A stretch of DNA of 64,000 nt from a virus. A model generated the notes under the pieces. The model had not been told where the DNA came from. It was given only the letters and a program-made list of their open reading frames with translations, and did not search any database. The position numbers and the translations under genes were made by a program. The DNA is taken from the IMG/VR virus record IMGVR_UViG_3300031237_000251; one strand, given 5' to 3'. Below are positions 35,739 to 45,217 of this stretch, piece after piece (the stretch's first letter is position 1; each line of letters begins with the position of its first letter).

Positions 35739-38039
35739 TCACTGCAGGTTGTCGGCGGGGGTCGGTGTCTCGATGCCGTGCATGGGCGAGGCGCCATGCT
35801 GGGGAACCGGCGGGAATGCCGGGCTGGTGTTGCGGTGCACGCCCGGCGCTTCCACCGGCTGGGCTCCGGCTGACGCTTCCACCGGCACGCTTCCCGCGGG
35901 CTGGAGACCGGCCGGCGTCGGGAAGTTGGGATCGTCTCCTCCCGGGTTCGGCGCCCGGTAGCCGGCCCCCTCCATGACGGCATCAGCGATCGGCGCAATC
36001 TGCGGCATCTGCGCCACCTGAACGCCGGCCTGCATGGCGCTGTAGGAGGCCTGCACGCCGGTCTGCACGGTGTTGGCGTCCAGATTGCGGATCTCCGATT
36101 CGGCCTTGCGCTCTTTCAGGGCCAGCTCGCGGGCCTTGAGGTCGTTGCCGGCCTTGGCCAGGGCATCCTGCACAGCCTGGTTGATGCGCTGCTGGATCTG
36201 CTCCGGGCTCTCCTGCTGGGCTGCGGCGCGCACCGCTTCCACCACGTCTTTCTTGAACGGCACGTCCATCAGCGAGACGAGGAACGGCAGGACCGCCGCC
36301 TGGTACTGCGGCGGCAGCGACTTGACCGCCTCGCTCATGGCATTGAGCTGCTGGCCGCGGTAGCTGGCCGTGCTCGGTACGTCCTCCAGCGCGACCTTCA
36401 GGCGGGTACGCTGCAGGTCGTTGGACAGGTAGGGAATCCCGGTGTGCGGGTCCACCTCGGGCCGGTTCAGCACCACGGTGCGATCAGCGCGCACGGCGTC
36501 GCCCTCGATGACGATGACGTGCTGCTGCTCGCCCAGCTCGTCGACGATCATCGCCAGCAGCATCTCGCCGACCAGGGAGCGGGCGAAGCGGAAGTTGTCC
36601 ATGATTCGGGCCAGACTCTGGTTGCTCTGCTCCACCTGGGTCTGCTCCTGCAGACCACTGCGGGCCGTGCCCTCCTTGCCCATGAAGCCGGACGTCACCG
36701 CCGACACCCGCTGGATGGACTGCCGGCCGTCCTGAATCAACTGGAAGTGCTGGGAGTTGAGCTGGAAGTCGCGCTTGACCTCGAACCGGGCGCCCGGCTG
36801 CGCCATGTGCGCGGCGTCCAGCACGATATCGGCATCCACCCGGGCGACCTGCCGGCGGAATTGCGCGTCCGACATGGCCACCGCGCCCTTGGTGCGCTCG
36901 GTCCTGACCGCCGCCATGCCCCAGCGCAGCTTGCTGATCCCGCTGTTCACGCTGTCCTGCGGGTAGACCATCCCGCGCACATAGCCATAGGGCACGCTGG
37001 TGGTGTCCTCGCGGAAGCCCCAGAACGGCACATAGGGGAAATGCTGGTGGGTGTAGGGGCTGGGACCATCATGCAGGCAGATCGGGCCGAGCCAGTAGCT
37101 GCGCCGCACCCGGGCGACCAGGGCGCGGAAGGTTTCGACCTTGCCGCTGAGGACCGCGGCATTGTGGGTCGGGTTGTTCTCGTCGTACTCCACCACGCGT
37201 CCGTCCGGGCTGCGCAGGACCGGCACGTTCACCCAGCGCCGGTACCAGACCTCGGCCAGGCAGATGTCCTTGTTGGTCGGGTTGTACCAGCGGTCCTCCT
37301 GCACGGTCCAGTTGCGGGCGTCGGCCCAGGCATTGTTCAGGCCGGTGGAGGTGCCGCCGTCCAGCAGTTCTATGCCGCGCTCGGCCCACCAGCTCGGCCC
37401 GTGGGTGCCGATCGCCTCGATCACCTCCTTGTGCTCGGGGAACACCAGGGCAATGCGCTCCTTGGGCAGCCAGCGCTGCCGCCGCAGCCAGCGGGCATCG
37501 GACAGGTCAGGCTCCTGGGCCTTGAAGTCCCAATGGATCTCGTTGCGATGGATCATCCCGCAGCGATAGGGATACTTGAAGGGATCGGTTTCCTTACGCA
37601 CCTCCACCCAGCCGATACCGACGGCGATCTGCGAGCGGAACGCATCGGAGCATGCGCGATCGGCCCGGCTCTCGCGCTCGGCCTCGTTGAGCTTGTAGTT
37701 CAGGGCATCTGCCACGTCCTGCCCGCCGATGCCGCCGCTCGGGGTCACGCGCCAGTCGGTGCGGATGGTGGCTTCATAGCCCTGGATCGACAGCAGGGCC
37801 GGGCCGATCAGATCCTCCACGGCCGGCGGAATGCCGAGCGCCTGCTGCCGCTTCAACAGCTCGGAATCCAGCTGGTTGCCGTCCGCGTACTCCATCTCCT
37901 TGTCGGCGGTGTGCCGCCACTTGGGCTGTTCCTCGATCTCCCGCATGAATTCGGCGTATTCATCGACGGTCAAGGCCAGTTCGTCAGCCTGGCCGATACT
38001 GGGTTGCGTGCTAGTCATGGCGTCCATGATGGTCCTCAA
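35739..38039 (-). CDS. Portal protein (P22-like podoviral)
   Basis: 766 aa after terL; YADGNQ, HFPYVPFWG, GYVRGMVYPQD motifs. Confidence 0.88.
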   Translation of the reverse strand: MRTIMDAMTSTQPSIGQADELALTVDEYAEFMREIEEQPKWRHTADKEMEYADGNQLDSELLKRQQALGIPPAVEDLIGPALLSIQGYEATIRTDWRVTPSGGIGGQDVADALNYKLNEAERESRADRACSDAFRSQIAVGIGWVEVRKETDPFKYPYRCGMIHRNEIHWDFKAQEPDLSDARWLRRQRWLPKERIALVFPEHKEVIEAIGTHGPSWWAERGIELLDGGTSTGLNNAWADARNWTVQEDRWYNPTNKDICLAEVWYRRWVNVPVLRSPDGRVVEYDENNPTHNAAVLSGKVETFRALVARVRRSYWLGPICLHDGPSPYTHQHFPYVPFWGFREDTTSVPYGYVRGMVYPQDSVNSGISKLRWGMAAVRTERTKGAVAMSDAQFRRQVARVDADIVLDAAHMAQPGARFEVKRDFQLNSQHFQLIQDGRQSIQRVSAVTSGFMGKEGTARSGLQEQTQVEQSNQSLARIMDNFRFARSLVGEMLLAMIVDELGEQQHVIVIEGDAVRADRTVVLNRPEVDPHTGIPYLSNDLQRTRLKVALEDVPSTASYRGQQLNAMSEAVKSLPPQYQAAVLPFLVSLMDVPFKKDVVEAVRAAAQQESPEQIQQRINQAVQDALAKAGNDLKARELALKERKAESEIRNLDANTVQTGVQASYSAMQAGVQVAQMPQIAPIADAVMEGAGYRAPNPGGDDPNFPTPAGLQPAGSVPVEASAGAQPVEAPGVHRNTSPAFPPVPQHGASPMHGIETPTPADNLQ

Positions 38040-39310
38040 ACTCGCCAGTCGGGTGGCGGGGCTTCGTCGTAGTCGGTATCGAAGGTGTTTTTCATGAGCG
38101 GCACGGCCTGGCCGATGTAGCGGAACATATCGGCGCCATGGCTGAACTCATCGTGCAGTGGAGCCATCGGCTCGCCGGTCTTGGTGTGGATGTCTCGCCG
38201 ATACCGTTTCAGGCACTCCAGCAGCCGGGCCGTCTTGTTCTTGTCGAAGTAGCAGCGTGGGAACAGCATGCGGGCCGCCTTGATGCCTTCCTCCACGCTG
38301 GTTGCAGCCTGCACCACGACTTCTCGGCGCCCCATGGCACGCAGTTGCTCCTCGGTGCTCTTGCCGGTCTGGAAGTTACGGGTGCGGCCATCGTGTGGCA
38401 GGTAGTCGGTGCCCCAGCGATAGGGCCGCTTCTCCAGCTGGGCGACATACCAGTCCAGCGTGCGGTGGCTGTCCTCGATGTAGTCGATAAGCCGCACGTC
38501 CTGAGGGCCGCGCTGGACCATGCCGATGGTCATGGCGTCGTTCCAGCCGAGATCCCAGATGGTGTGCACCGGCAGGGTCGGGTCGTATGGCACGGGACAG
38601 ACGCGGCCATCGGCATATAGCGCCTCGATCTCGTAGCGGTAGATGGCGCCCTCGGCCACGGTCCGAGGTTTGCCTTCCCAGATGTGCTCGTAGTCCTCCT
38701 TCGAGCTACCACGCTTGGCCTTCAGGCGCTCCTGGTTCAGGACTTCGGGAAACCAGGGGTTGTCCCGCCAGTTGATTTCGCAAACCCAGGTATCGTCGCT
38801 GGGGGTGGCGATGAAGCGGACATAGGTTTCATCGGTGTCCATGTCCGGGTTGAGGGTGAGCCAGATCTCGCTACCTTCCTTGCGGATGGTGGGAATCAGT
38901 ACGTCCCAGCTCTTCTTGCTGACGCCGTGCGCCTCCTCCACCCACACGATGTCGACACCCTCGAACGACTTGATGGAGTCGACGGTATGGCTCTGCAGGC
39001 CGGTGAACAGGAACAGCGATCCATTGGCACCGCGGATCTCGGTATCGAGCACCTCGTAGAACGACTCCATTCCCAACTTGACCACCTGGTCCTTGAGCAG
39101 CCGGTGCACGGAGTCGCGCATGGACTTCTGCACCTCCCGGGCGCAGAGAATGCGCAGCGGTCTGTCCGCGGCGATGGTCAGCAGCACGCCGGCCACGCTC
39201 CACGACTTGCCGCCTCCGCGACCTCCATGCATGACCTTGTAGCGGCGAGGATCGAACAACGGAGACAGCTTCTCCGGTAGCCGTAGTCTGGAAATCGGAG
39301 GCTCGATCAT
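38036..39310 (-). CDS. terL: Terminase large subunit (PBSX family)
   Basis: Walker A HGGRGGGKS, Walker B VWVEEA, nuclease WDLGWND and HGADMFRY. Confidence 0.93.
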   Translation of the reverse strand: MIEPPISRLRLPEKLSPLFDPRRYKVMHGGRGGGKSWSVAGVLLTIAADRPLRILCAREVQKSMRDSVHRLLKDQVVKLGMESFYEVLDTEIRGANGSLFLFTGLQSHTVDSIKSFEGVDIVWVEEAHGVSKKSWDVLIPTIRKEGSEIWLTLNPDMDTDETYVRFIATPSDDTWVCEINWRDNPWFPEVLNQERLKAKRGSSKEDYEHIWEGKPRTVAEGAIYRYEIEALYADGRVCPVPYDPTLPVHTIWDLGWNDAMTIGMVQRGPQDVRLIDYIEDSHRTLDWYVAQLEKRPYRWGTDYLPHDGRTRNFQTGKSTEEQLRAMGRREVVVQAATSVEEGIKAARMLFPRCYFDKNKTARLLECLKRYRRDIHTKTGEPMAPLHDEFSHGADMFRYIGQAVPLMKNTFDTDYDEAPPPDWRV

Positions 39311-39960
39311 TCGTCGTCATCCTCCGGGTGTGGCCGTGGCTTCACAAACTCCAGTGCGATCCTGGCGCCAGCGCTGCCGCCCTCCGGAATCGCGCTCTTG
39401 GCGTCCAGGCCGAATGCCTGGCGCTGCATGTCCACGCACACCCGCAGGGAGTCCGCCAGCGCCTTCATGGTCTTGGCTCGCTCCGGCAAGGAGATGATCC
39501 GCTGGTACAGGTCGTTGAGCTTGTCGCGGCCGTGCTCGTCCTCATCCCTGAGCAGGTCGCCCAAGGCCTCGAGCAGCTCGACGTTCTCCCGGCCGGCTTG
39601 CAGCTCAAGCTCGTCCAGCAGGCGCATGGCGATAGTCTTGGCCCGCTGGATATCTCGCCGCTGCCCGAGCAGAACCTCAGCTATGCCCTGTGCATTGGCT
39701 TCGATAACCTGCCGCTCGGCGACCTTGGTTTCCATGGATACCGGCGTGGATACCGCCGCTTTGGATACCAGTGCATCCGCCTTGGCATGGATCTTCGCGG
39801 ACAGGTCGCGCTCCCATCCGTCACGCTTTGCACGCTTGTTGATGGCTCCGTGGGATATGCCGTGCTCGGCTGCTATCTGGCGCAAGGTCTTGATGCCTGC
39901 CCGATAGTCCAGCTCGATGCGCTCCCAATCCGGCGCTGTGTTTTCGGGCTTCTCGCTCAC
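39307..39960 (-). CDS. terS: Terminase small subunit
   Basis: GTG 39960; PDWERIELDYRAG...IAAEHGISHGAINKRAKRDGW HTH; overlaps terL. Confidence 0.85.
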   Translation of the reverse strand: MSEKPENTAPDWERIELDYRAGIKTLRQIAAEHGISHGAINKRAKRDGWERDLSAKIHAKADALVSKAAVSTPVSMETKVAERQVIEANAQGIAEVLLGQRRDIQRAKTIAMRLLDELELQAGRENVELLEALGDLLRDEDEHGRDKLNDLYQRIISLPERAKTMKALADSLRVCVDMQRQAFGLDAKSAIPEGGSAGARIALEFVKPRPHPEDDDE

Positions 39961-39988
39961 CCTGCCCTCCTGTATCAGATAGGAAGGC

Positions 39989-40017
39989 GACGCTATGTGA
40001 CTGGCACGGCCTGGCAA
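39989..40017 (-). promoter_or_regulatory. Phage late-promoter motif, copy 4
   Basis: TTGC-CAGGCCGTGC-CAGTCACATAGCGTC, after terminator 40025-40047. Confidence 0.7.
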
Positions 40018-40024
40018 CGGGCAT

Positions 40025-40047
40025 AAGAAACCCGGCGCGTGGCCGGG
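40025..40047 (-). terminator. Terminator after the fibre gene
   Basis: Minus strand CCCGG-CCACGCG-CCGGG-TTTCTT. Confidence 0.65.
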
Positions 40048-40076
40048 CTGGTCGAAGCAGATGAATCAGCCGCGCC

Positions 40077-41993
40077 CTACGATGACGGAAACGGGGTCAC
40101 GGTCACTGCCACGTCCTGGCTGAACGTGGCGCACTGGCCGCCGCTGATCGCCGCAATGGTGGCGTCTGCGCGCTTGCTCCAGTCGGAGACGTTGTAGCTC
40201 AACACGCTCGGCGTCATGTCAGGGGCGGAGAGCGTCAGGACTTTGCCATCCTGGCTGAACGACAGCCTGGAGTATGGATAGGTCGGGAGTGCAACCGGGC
40301 CAGCGAGCTTGTCGCCGGTGAGGTTATTGTAGATCAGCAGGTACGGCGCCGAGGCCACCGACACCGCCATCAGCTCACCGTTCGGGCTGTACGCGACCGC
40401 CACCGCGTTGGACGCGGGCAGTGCAGCGAACGGCATGGACTTGTACACGCTCGAGTTGGGGTCCAGCGCGTAGGTCGACAGGTACGGGGCCCCGCCGTGT
40501 GCTACAGAGAACATTTCATCGTGAGGATCGAAGGCAACCGCGTTGGCGTACCCTGGCAGTGCCGTGTCCACCGCCGGCTTGGCCGCCCAGGTAGCCGTGT
40601 CATAGATCGCGAGGTACGGGGTTTCAGCGGTCCCAAGGACGACGGTATTTCCAGCCGGGTTCACGGCAATAGCAGTTGGCGCCGCCGATAGCGCAGGTCC
40701 TCCCGTTGCCGCCCAGGACGCGGTATCAAACACCGTCAGGTACGGGCTGGCCGAATGGATGACGTACAGCCGCCCACTGTTCGGGCTGAACGCCACGTCC
40801 GTGATCGTTTCGCTCCCGTTGCCTGCCCACTCAGCCAGCAGTTTCCACCCCTTCACCCGGAATACGGACAGGACGTGGGTCAGAGGGCCGGATGCGCTCT
40901 CGCGGGCCAGCGCAATCATCGTCCGGTCAGGGCTCACCGCGATCTTGAGTACCTTCGTGCTCACCAGCGCCGGTAGCGCGATCTCGCTCCAGTCGCTCGG
41001 GCTGAACGCCCGTAGATACGGGGAGGCGCCGACGCCGACGTACAGGGCGCTCGGCAGGCTGTAATCGGCCAGCCGGCCGGAGAGCGTCCAGATGTTCTCG
41101 GCGATGCGCTTGAGCTTGGCCACCCCGTAGCGTTCCGCGATCCGTGGGTCGCAGTCCCCCGGCAGGCGCAGCGTCACGCCACTGCCCGCGGCGAACTTGA
41201 CCGCGCCCGCGCCGGCCTGCTCGATCTCCAGCTCGGCATTGGCAGCCCAGCCGCCCGTCGCCTGGTCAGCGATGGTCAGCACCGCCGGGTCTGCCGTCTC
41301 GGATACCAGATAGCTGCTGTCATGGCTGCTGGTCAGGCTCACGGCGGTCGTGGTCGAGGTGGCCACCGCACTGTTGCCCCCGCCGCCGCCACTGCTGCCG
41401 CCCTCGGCAATGCCCGCCAGCTTGGTCTTCTCGGCATCGGTGAAGGCGTTGGTATCCGCGTTCGCCTCGTACAGTGCCTTGACCTGGGCGGCAGTGAGGC
41501 TGGTCGCGCTGGCTTGCGGCTTCCAGGCCGCATCGCTGGCATCCCATAGGTAGCGCATCACATCGGCGCCGGTTCCGGCATCCACGTCCGCATAGTCGCC
41601 TGCGATCGGCGAGGCCACGACGGCCTGCAGGGCGGCGAGGTCGACATAGGTGCCCTTGAAGTGGCTGCTCTCCAGGCCGGCGAGCTTGGTTTTCTCGGCG
41701 GTGGTGAAGTCATTGGTCGACAGGCCTTTACCGTCTACGGCGTCGACTTTCGCAGCCAGGGCCTGGGTCATGGCCTGGGTGGTGACGAATTCCGCGTGGT
41801 TGTAGGCCTGCTCGTGTGCCTTGACGGCCGCCGCTCCAGCTCCGCCCTTCTCCACCAGCACCCAATCGGCGGCGGAGGCAGTCCCCTTCGCCATGTACTG
41901 GTCGCCGCTCTCGGTGTCGGTGTAATGGGCAGTGAGGCTGGGGGGCACAGACGTGGGCGCGCCCGCTCCCTGTACGATGTGCTGGACGGTCAT
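40077..41993 (-). CDS. Fibre / receptor-binding-like protein with a C-terminal beta-propeller
   Basis: DGKGLSTNDFTTAEKTKLAG fibre motif (twice), Gly linker, repeated [ST/A]PYL blades. Confidence 0.7.
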   Translation of the reverse strand: MTVQHIVQGAGAPTSVPPSLTAHYTDTESGDQYMAKGTASAADWVLVEKGGAGAAAVKAHEQAYNHAEFVTTQAMTQALAAKVDAVDGKGLSTNDFTTAEKTKLAGLESSHFKGTYVDLAALQAVVASPIAGDYADVDAGTGADVMRYLWDASDAAWKPQASATSLTAAQVKALYEANADTNAFTDAEKTKLAGIAEGGSSGGGGGNSAVATSTTTAVSLTSSHDSSYLVSETADPAVLTIADQATGGWAANAELEIEQAGAGAVKFAAGSGVTLRLPGDCDPRIAERYGVAKLKRIAENIWTLSGRLADYSLPSALYVGVGASPYLRAFSPSDWSEIALPALVSTKVLKIAVSPDRTMIALARESASGPLTHVLSVFRVKGWKLLAEWAGNGSETITDVAFSPNSGRLYVIHSASPYLTVFDTASWAATGGPALSAAPTAIAVNPAGNTVVLGTAETPYLAIYDTATWAAKPAVDTALPGYANAVAFDPHDEMFSVAHGGAPYLSTYALDPNSSVYKSMPFAALPASNAVAVAYSPNGELMAVSVASAPYLLIYNNLTGDKLAGPVALPTYPYSRLSFSQDGKVLTLSAPDMTPSVLSYNVSDWSKRADATIAAISGGQCATFSQDVAVTVTPFPSS

Positions 41994-42439
41994 GCTGCTG
42001 CTCCAGTGGTTAGAACTTGATTGGCGCCATCGGTGAGAAGGTTGCCGCTGGCATCGGTCAGGGCATTGGCGGGAACAGACGGGGTAGTCCCCTGCTCCAG
42101 GGCGGCGACGCGAGACGACAGCGAGGCGATCGAATCGGCCTGGTTGGCGAGCTTGGTGCTTTGCGAGGCGTCGGATTGCTGCAGGGCGGCGAGCTGCTGG
42201 GCCTGTGCGGTGAGCGCCTGCTGCAGGGCGGCGATGGATTGGCCCTGGCTGGTGACAGTCTCGGCCAGCGCCTCAACGAGGCCGGCGGCGGTGCCCGCGG
42301 GATCAGCGCCCACGTCAGCGACCTTGAGCACGACGGCGCCCGTCTGGCCGTTCACCGACTCGACACCGCCCGACCGGCCGCGGAGGCCGCCGCTACCGAC
42401 GATGACGCCGCCGCTGCGCTGGATGACGATCAGGCCCAT
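41990..42439 (-). CDS. Short fibre-like coiled-coil protein
   Basis: VESVNGQTGAVVL motif and heptad repeats. Confidence 0.65.
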   Translation of the reverse strand: MGLIVIQRSGGVIVGSGGLRGRSGGVESVNGQTGAVVLKVADVGADPAGTAAGLVEALAETVTSQGQSIAALQQALTAQAQQLAALQQSDASQSTKLANQADSIASLSSRVAALEQGTTPSVPANALTDASGNLLTDGANQVLTTGAAA

Positions 42440-43041
42440 ACCGTCACCTCCGGGGCGATCACCACCCGGCTCGGGCCGATCACGGCGACCACGGCGCCAT
42501 CGGGCCGAATGGCCTCCAGATCGTAGGTGCCACTGCTCCAGGCGATCGCCGCCGTCTGGTCCGCATCCAGGCCGATGACGAAGGCGCTGTTGGCCACGTC
42601 CACCTCGACCGTGCCATCCGCCTGGTCGGCCGGGTCGGAGCTGAATGACAGCAGGACAGCGCCGCCGATGCGGTCGCGGATCTGCATGCGGGCCTTCCAG
42701 CCCTCCAGATCGGCCGGCCTGGGATAGACCAACACGCTCGGCGGCGCGAAAGCCCTGGCGCCCACCATGTCCAGCTGGTCGAACTCCAGGGTATCGGCGT
42801 CAACGACGAGGGGCGTCCAGTATTCGCCCTCGGGCGTGTTGAGCTCGGCCGGCGCGCGGGTGCGCTCGATGCGCACGGCCCAATTGTCCGGCACGCCGTG
42901 GCCGGTAACAGTCAGGCGCACCGGGGCCTTGCTCGGCATGGCAGTGATGTTGCGGTAGACCAGCTGCTCGTCGTGGTAGCCGAACGACTGCGCCAGGGTC
43001 TTACCCTTGGTAATGGTCAGGTCGAAGGTGGGGGCGGTCAT
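42430..43041 (-). CDS. Phage hypothetical structural protein (Ig / BppU-like)
   Basis: GWKARMQIR...YDLEA motif; first gene behind late-motif copy 5. Confidence 0.65.
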   Translation of the reverse strand: MTAPTFDLTITKGKTLAQSFGYHDEQLVYRNITAMPSKAPVRLTVTGHGVPDNWAVRIERTRAPAELNTPEGEYWTPLVVDADTLEFDQLDMVGARAFAPPSVLVYPRPADLEGWKARMQIRDRIGGAVLLSFSSDPADQADGTVEVDVANSAFVIGLDADQTAAIAWSSGTYDLEAIRPDGAVVAVIGPSRVVIAPEVTVWA

Positions 43042-43067
43042 GCTGGCACTCCGGTAGGAATGCCGCG

Positions 43068-43096
43068 GACGCTATGTGACTGCGCAGAGAGCGCAA
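43068..43096 (-). promoter_or_regulatory. Phage late-promoter motif, copy 5
   Basis: TTGC-GCTCTCTGCG-CAGTCACATAGCGTC. Confidence 0.7.
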
Positions 43097-43162
43097 GGAG
43101 AGAGGCTCGGGCGGGTTGGCGCTCTCGACCTTAGTAAAAACTGGGTGCGATTCCGGCGCCTG

Positions 43163-43471
43163 TCAGGCGCATACCCAGCAATCAAGCATGTAAAAGGCGA
43201 AAAGGGCGCACCATGAGCCGATGATGACCATGGCGGGATGCATGACAACCCATTCATTCAGACGACGCCCGAGGCAGCTATCCGTTGTCGTCGGGCTGAA
43301 TGGCTTATTCCTCCAGCGATACCGATCAATCGCACCGCAGATGAGCCACACAGCCACCGGCAACATCAATCCCATCCATAAGGGCAAAAGTACTGCTTCC
43401 GTGATCAAGATACTGCTCCAGCTACCGCTACTTTGCGGCCTGTCTGATTCCCATATTGTGAACGAGCTCAC
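43163..43471 (-). CDS. Small 2-TM membrane protein (moron)
   Basis: AT-richer than its flanks; two hydrophobic segments. Confidence 0.5.
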   Translation of the reverse strand: MSSFTIWESDRPQSSGSWSSILITEAVLLPLWMGLMLPVAVWLICGAIDRYRWRNKPFSPTTTDSCLGRRLNEWVVMHPAMVIIGSWCALFAFYMLDCWVCA

Positions 43472-43610
43472 TGATGTCTCAATAACATCATGCTAGGGCA
43501 ATGGCGATTCTGACTTGGCGCAACGTTAAGCGCTATAGCTCTGGAGAAGAATTGATACTGCGGAAGTGGCCTGCATCAGGCGGGGTGAAACTTTTTCCGG
43601 CACAAACAAA

Positions 43611-43637
43611 AACGGCGAGGGTATTAGCCTCGCCGTT
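43611..43637. terminator. Terminator downstream of the lysis cassette
   Basis: AACGGCGAGG-GTATTAG-CCTCGCCGTT flanked by A/T runs. Confidence 0.65.
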
Positions 43638-43846
43638 CATTTTTCCCTGTTTTCCTTTTGCTCATCATCCTGACGAGCAGCCGCTTATCCTGCGACTTTC
43701 CACGGCCGCCATCCTTGGTCAGCCCGCATCGTTCCTTCGACGCTTTATGGGATTCACTATATCCAAGAGCCGGCCTCGAACATATTGGGAAAGCTCTCGA
43801 TCTCCTGTAGGCAATGGCTTACAGCGGACGCGCTGGAGAGAGCCCG

Positions 43847-44101
43847 CTACTTGCCGTCCCCTTGCCTCAGCGCCTTGACCAGCCCGTTATGCAGCGTCCT
43901 GCACTCCTCGTACTGGCCGGCCAGGGCGATGTCGGCTTTCACCACGTCCCCCATAGGGGCGGTACCGTCCTCAGCGGTCGGTATCGCCTCCATCGGCGGG
44001 CACTCCTGCAGCAGCCCCTCGTCCATCTGCTCCGCTCCGCGCTGCGTTGAGCAGCTGCACACCATCAGCAGGCACACGGCAATTGATATAAACCGGATCA
44101 C
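43847..44101 (-). CDS. o-spanin (Rz1-like lipoprotein)
   Basis: GTG 44101; signal IRFISIAVCLLMVCS-C; overlaps the i-spanin in another frame; CPP motif. Confidence 0.7.
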   Translation of the reverse strand: MIRFISIAVCLLMVCSCSTQRGAEQMDEGLLQECPPMEAIPTAEDGTAPMGDVVKADIALAGQYEECRTLHNGLVKALRQGDGK

Positions 44102-44342
44102 GGACAATCTCCTTTTCGGCCTTCTGGTAGATGGTCCGCTGCTCAATACGGATATTCCCGATCGCGCTCAGCGTCTGCCGGGTTACGTCGGCGACCAGGG
44201 CGCGCTGGTGTTCCTGCTGCTGGATCGTGACGAGCTCCGCGCTGTCGGCCTGCCAGTCGCGGATCTGCCAGCCACAGGCGAATCCGGCGCCGGCCAAGCC
44301 CGCATAGGCCAGCAGGCGCAGTCCATCCACGGGGAAGATCAT
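43971..44342 (-). CDS. i-spanin (Rz-like)
   Basis: N-terminal TM, coiled region, CRVPADGVQLLNAAR; ATGA overlap with the endolysin. Confidence 0.8.
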   Translation of the reverse strand: MIFPVDGLRLLAYAGLAGAGFACGWQIRDWQADSAELVTIQQQEHQRALVADVTRQTLSAIGNIRIEQRTIYQKAEKEIVRDPVYINCRVPADGVQLLNAARSGADGRGAAAGVPADGGDTDR

Positions 44343-44833
44343 TGCTGCGCACTCATGCACTGCTGGTAGACGCGCTGACGGTCAGCCCACAGTCCGGGGC
44401 AGATCCGGTTGCCCGGCCTGGAGCAGTCGTAGCCATTCGAGAACTTGAACAGCAGGATCGCCTCACAAGCGCCGCGATAGTCCTGGGCGCTCAGGCGCTT
44501 GACGATGGTCGAGCCGCAGAAGCGCCCCGGGCCGATGTTGTGCGCCAGGGCCAGGTAGGCGTCGTACTCGGCCTGGTAGAGCGGGACGTGAACGCACTGT
44601 TTGACTGCCCCCTCGAACTCCGTCACCTCGCGCAGGCTGCGGTTGATCGCAGCGACCGGCGTGATGGTGTCACCCATCCGCACGCCGGAGGTCGAGCCAA
44701 AGCCGAGGGTCGGCAGGGATTCGCCGCGGGTGGGGTCCGGGTAGGCCTCGGGGCTGAAGCCCTCGCGGGTCAGGATACCGGCGAAGGCCGCCGCACTGAG
44801 GGTTAGCGCGGTAATGGCGATTCGACCCTTCAT
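44339..44833 (-). CDS. Endolysin, GH24 lysozyme, possibly SAR-type
   Basis: Hydrophobic N-terminus then REG...YPD...TLGFG catalytic motif, AHNIG. Confidence 0.9.
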   Translation of the reverse strand: MKGRIAITALTLSAAAFAGILTREGFSPEAYPDPTRGESLPTLGFGSTSGVRMGDTITPVAAINRSLREVTEFEGAVKQCVHVPLYQAEYDAYLALAHNIGPGRFCGSTIVKRLSAQDYRGACEAILLFKFSNGYDCSRPGNRICPGLWADRQRVYQQCMSAQQ

Positions 44834-45057
44834 TTCGTGCTGACCTCCTGCTGGCGTGCCTTGCGCGCCCGAAGTTCGCGGCGCAGCAGGAATGCCATCT
44901 GCATCAGCACATAAAGCGCGGTCAGGACGCTGACGATGATGCTGGCCTGGTCCGCCAGGCTCGGTCCGCTGGTAAGAACAACGCCGCTGGCGGCAACGGC
45001 CGGTGCGGATTTGCCCGCCTCGATCAGGACATTCGTGGTGCTGGTGTTATCGCTCAT
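44830..45057 (-). CDS. Holin
   Basis: 75 aa with hydrophobic helices and a basic C-terminus, upstream of the endolysin. Confidence 0.75.
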   Translation of the reverse strand: MSDNTSTTNVLIEAGKSAPAVAASGVVLTSGPSLADQASIIVSVLTALYVLMQMAFLLRRELRARKARQQEVSTK

Positions 45058-45121
45058 GGGGTACAGCCTATGCTGGGGTCGATGATCGGCTCCGCATAGG
45101 AGCCCATGCAGTGCCACGGCG

Positions 45122-45150
45122 GACGCTATGTGACTGCATGGGCCAGACAA
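45122..45150 (-). promoter_or_regulatory. Phage late-promoter motif, copy 6
   Basis: TTGT-CTGGCCCATG-CAGTCACATAGCGTC, upstream of the holin. Confidence 0.7.
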
Positions 45151-45217
45151 CCCTCTTCAACACATTGGGAGAGCCAGCGGGACGACAGCCCCTGATCGCC
45201 GCACCGCTCCCCCGACC

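Noticed and set aside
10383-42578. Long plus-strand ORFs (e.g. 10383-11816, 14344-15852, 18625-20496, 24938-26422, 27404-29542, 36444-38072)
   Set aside because: They are antisense shadows of high-GC minus-strand phage genes, with no motifs or RBS.
23477-43041. Diversity-generating retroelement or invertible tail-fibre switch
   Set aside because: I saw no reverse transcriptase, invertase or TR/VR repeat pair in the window.
22700-45150. Late motif as a sigma54 promoter
   Set aside because: TTGC is present but the -24 TGGCAC element at the right spacing is not.
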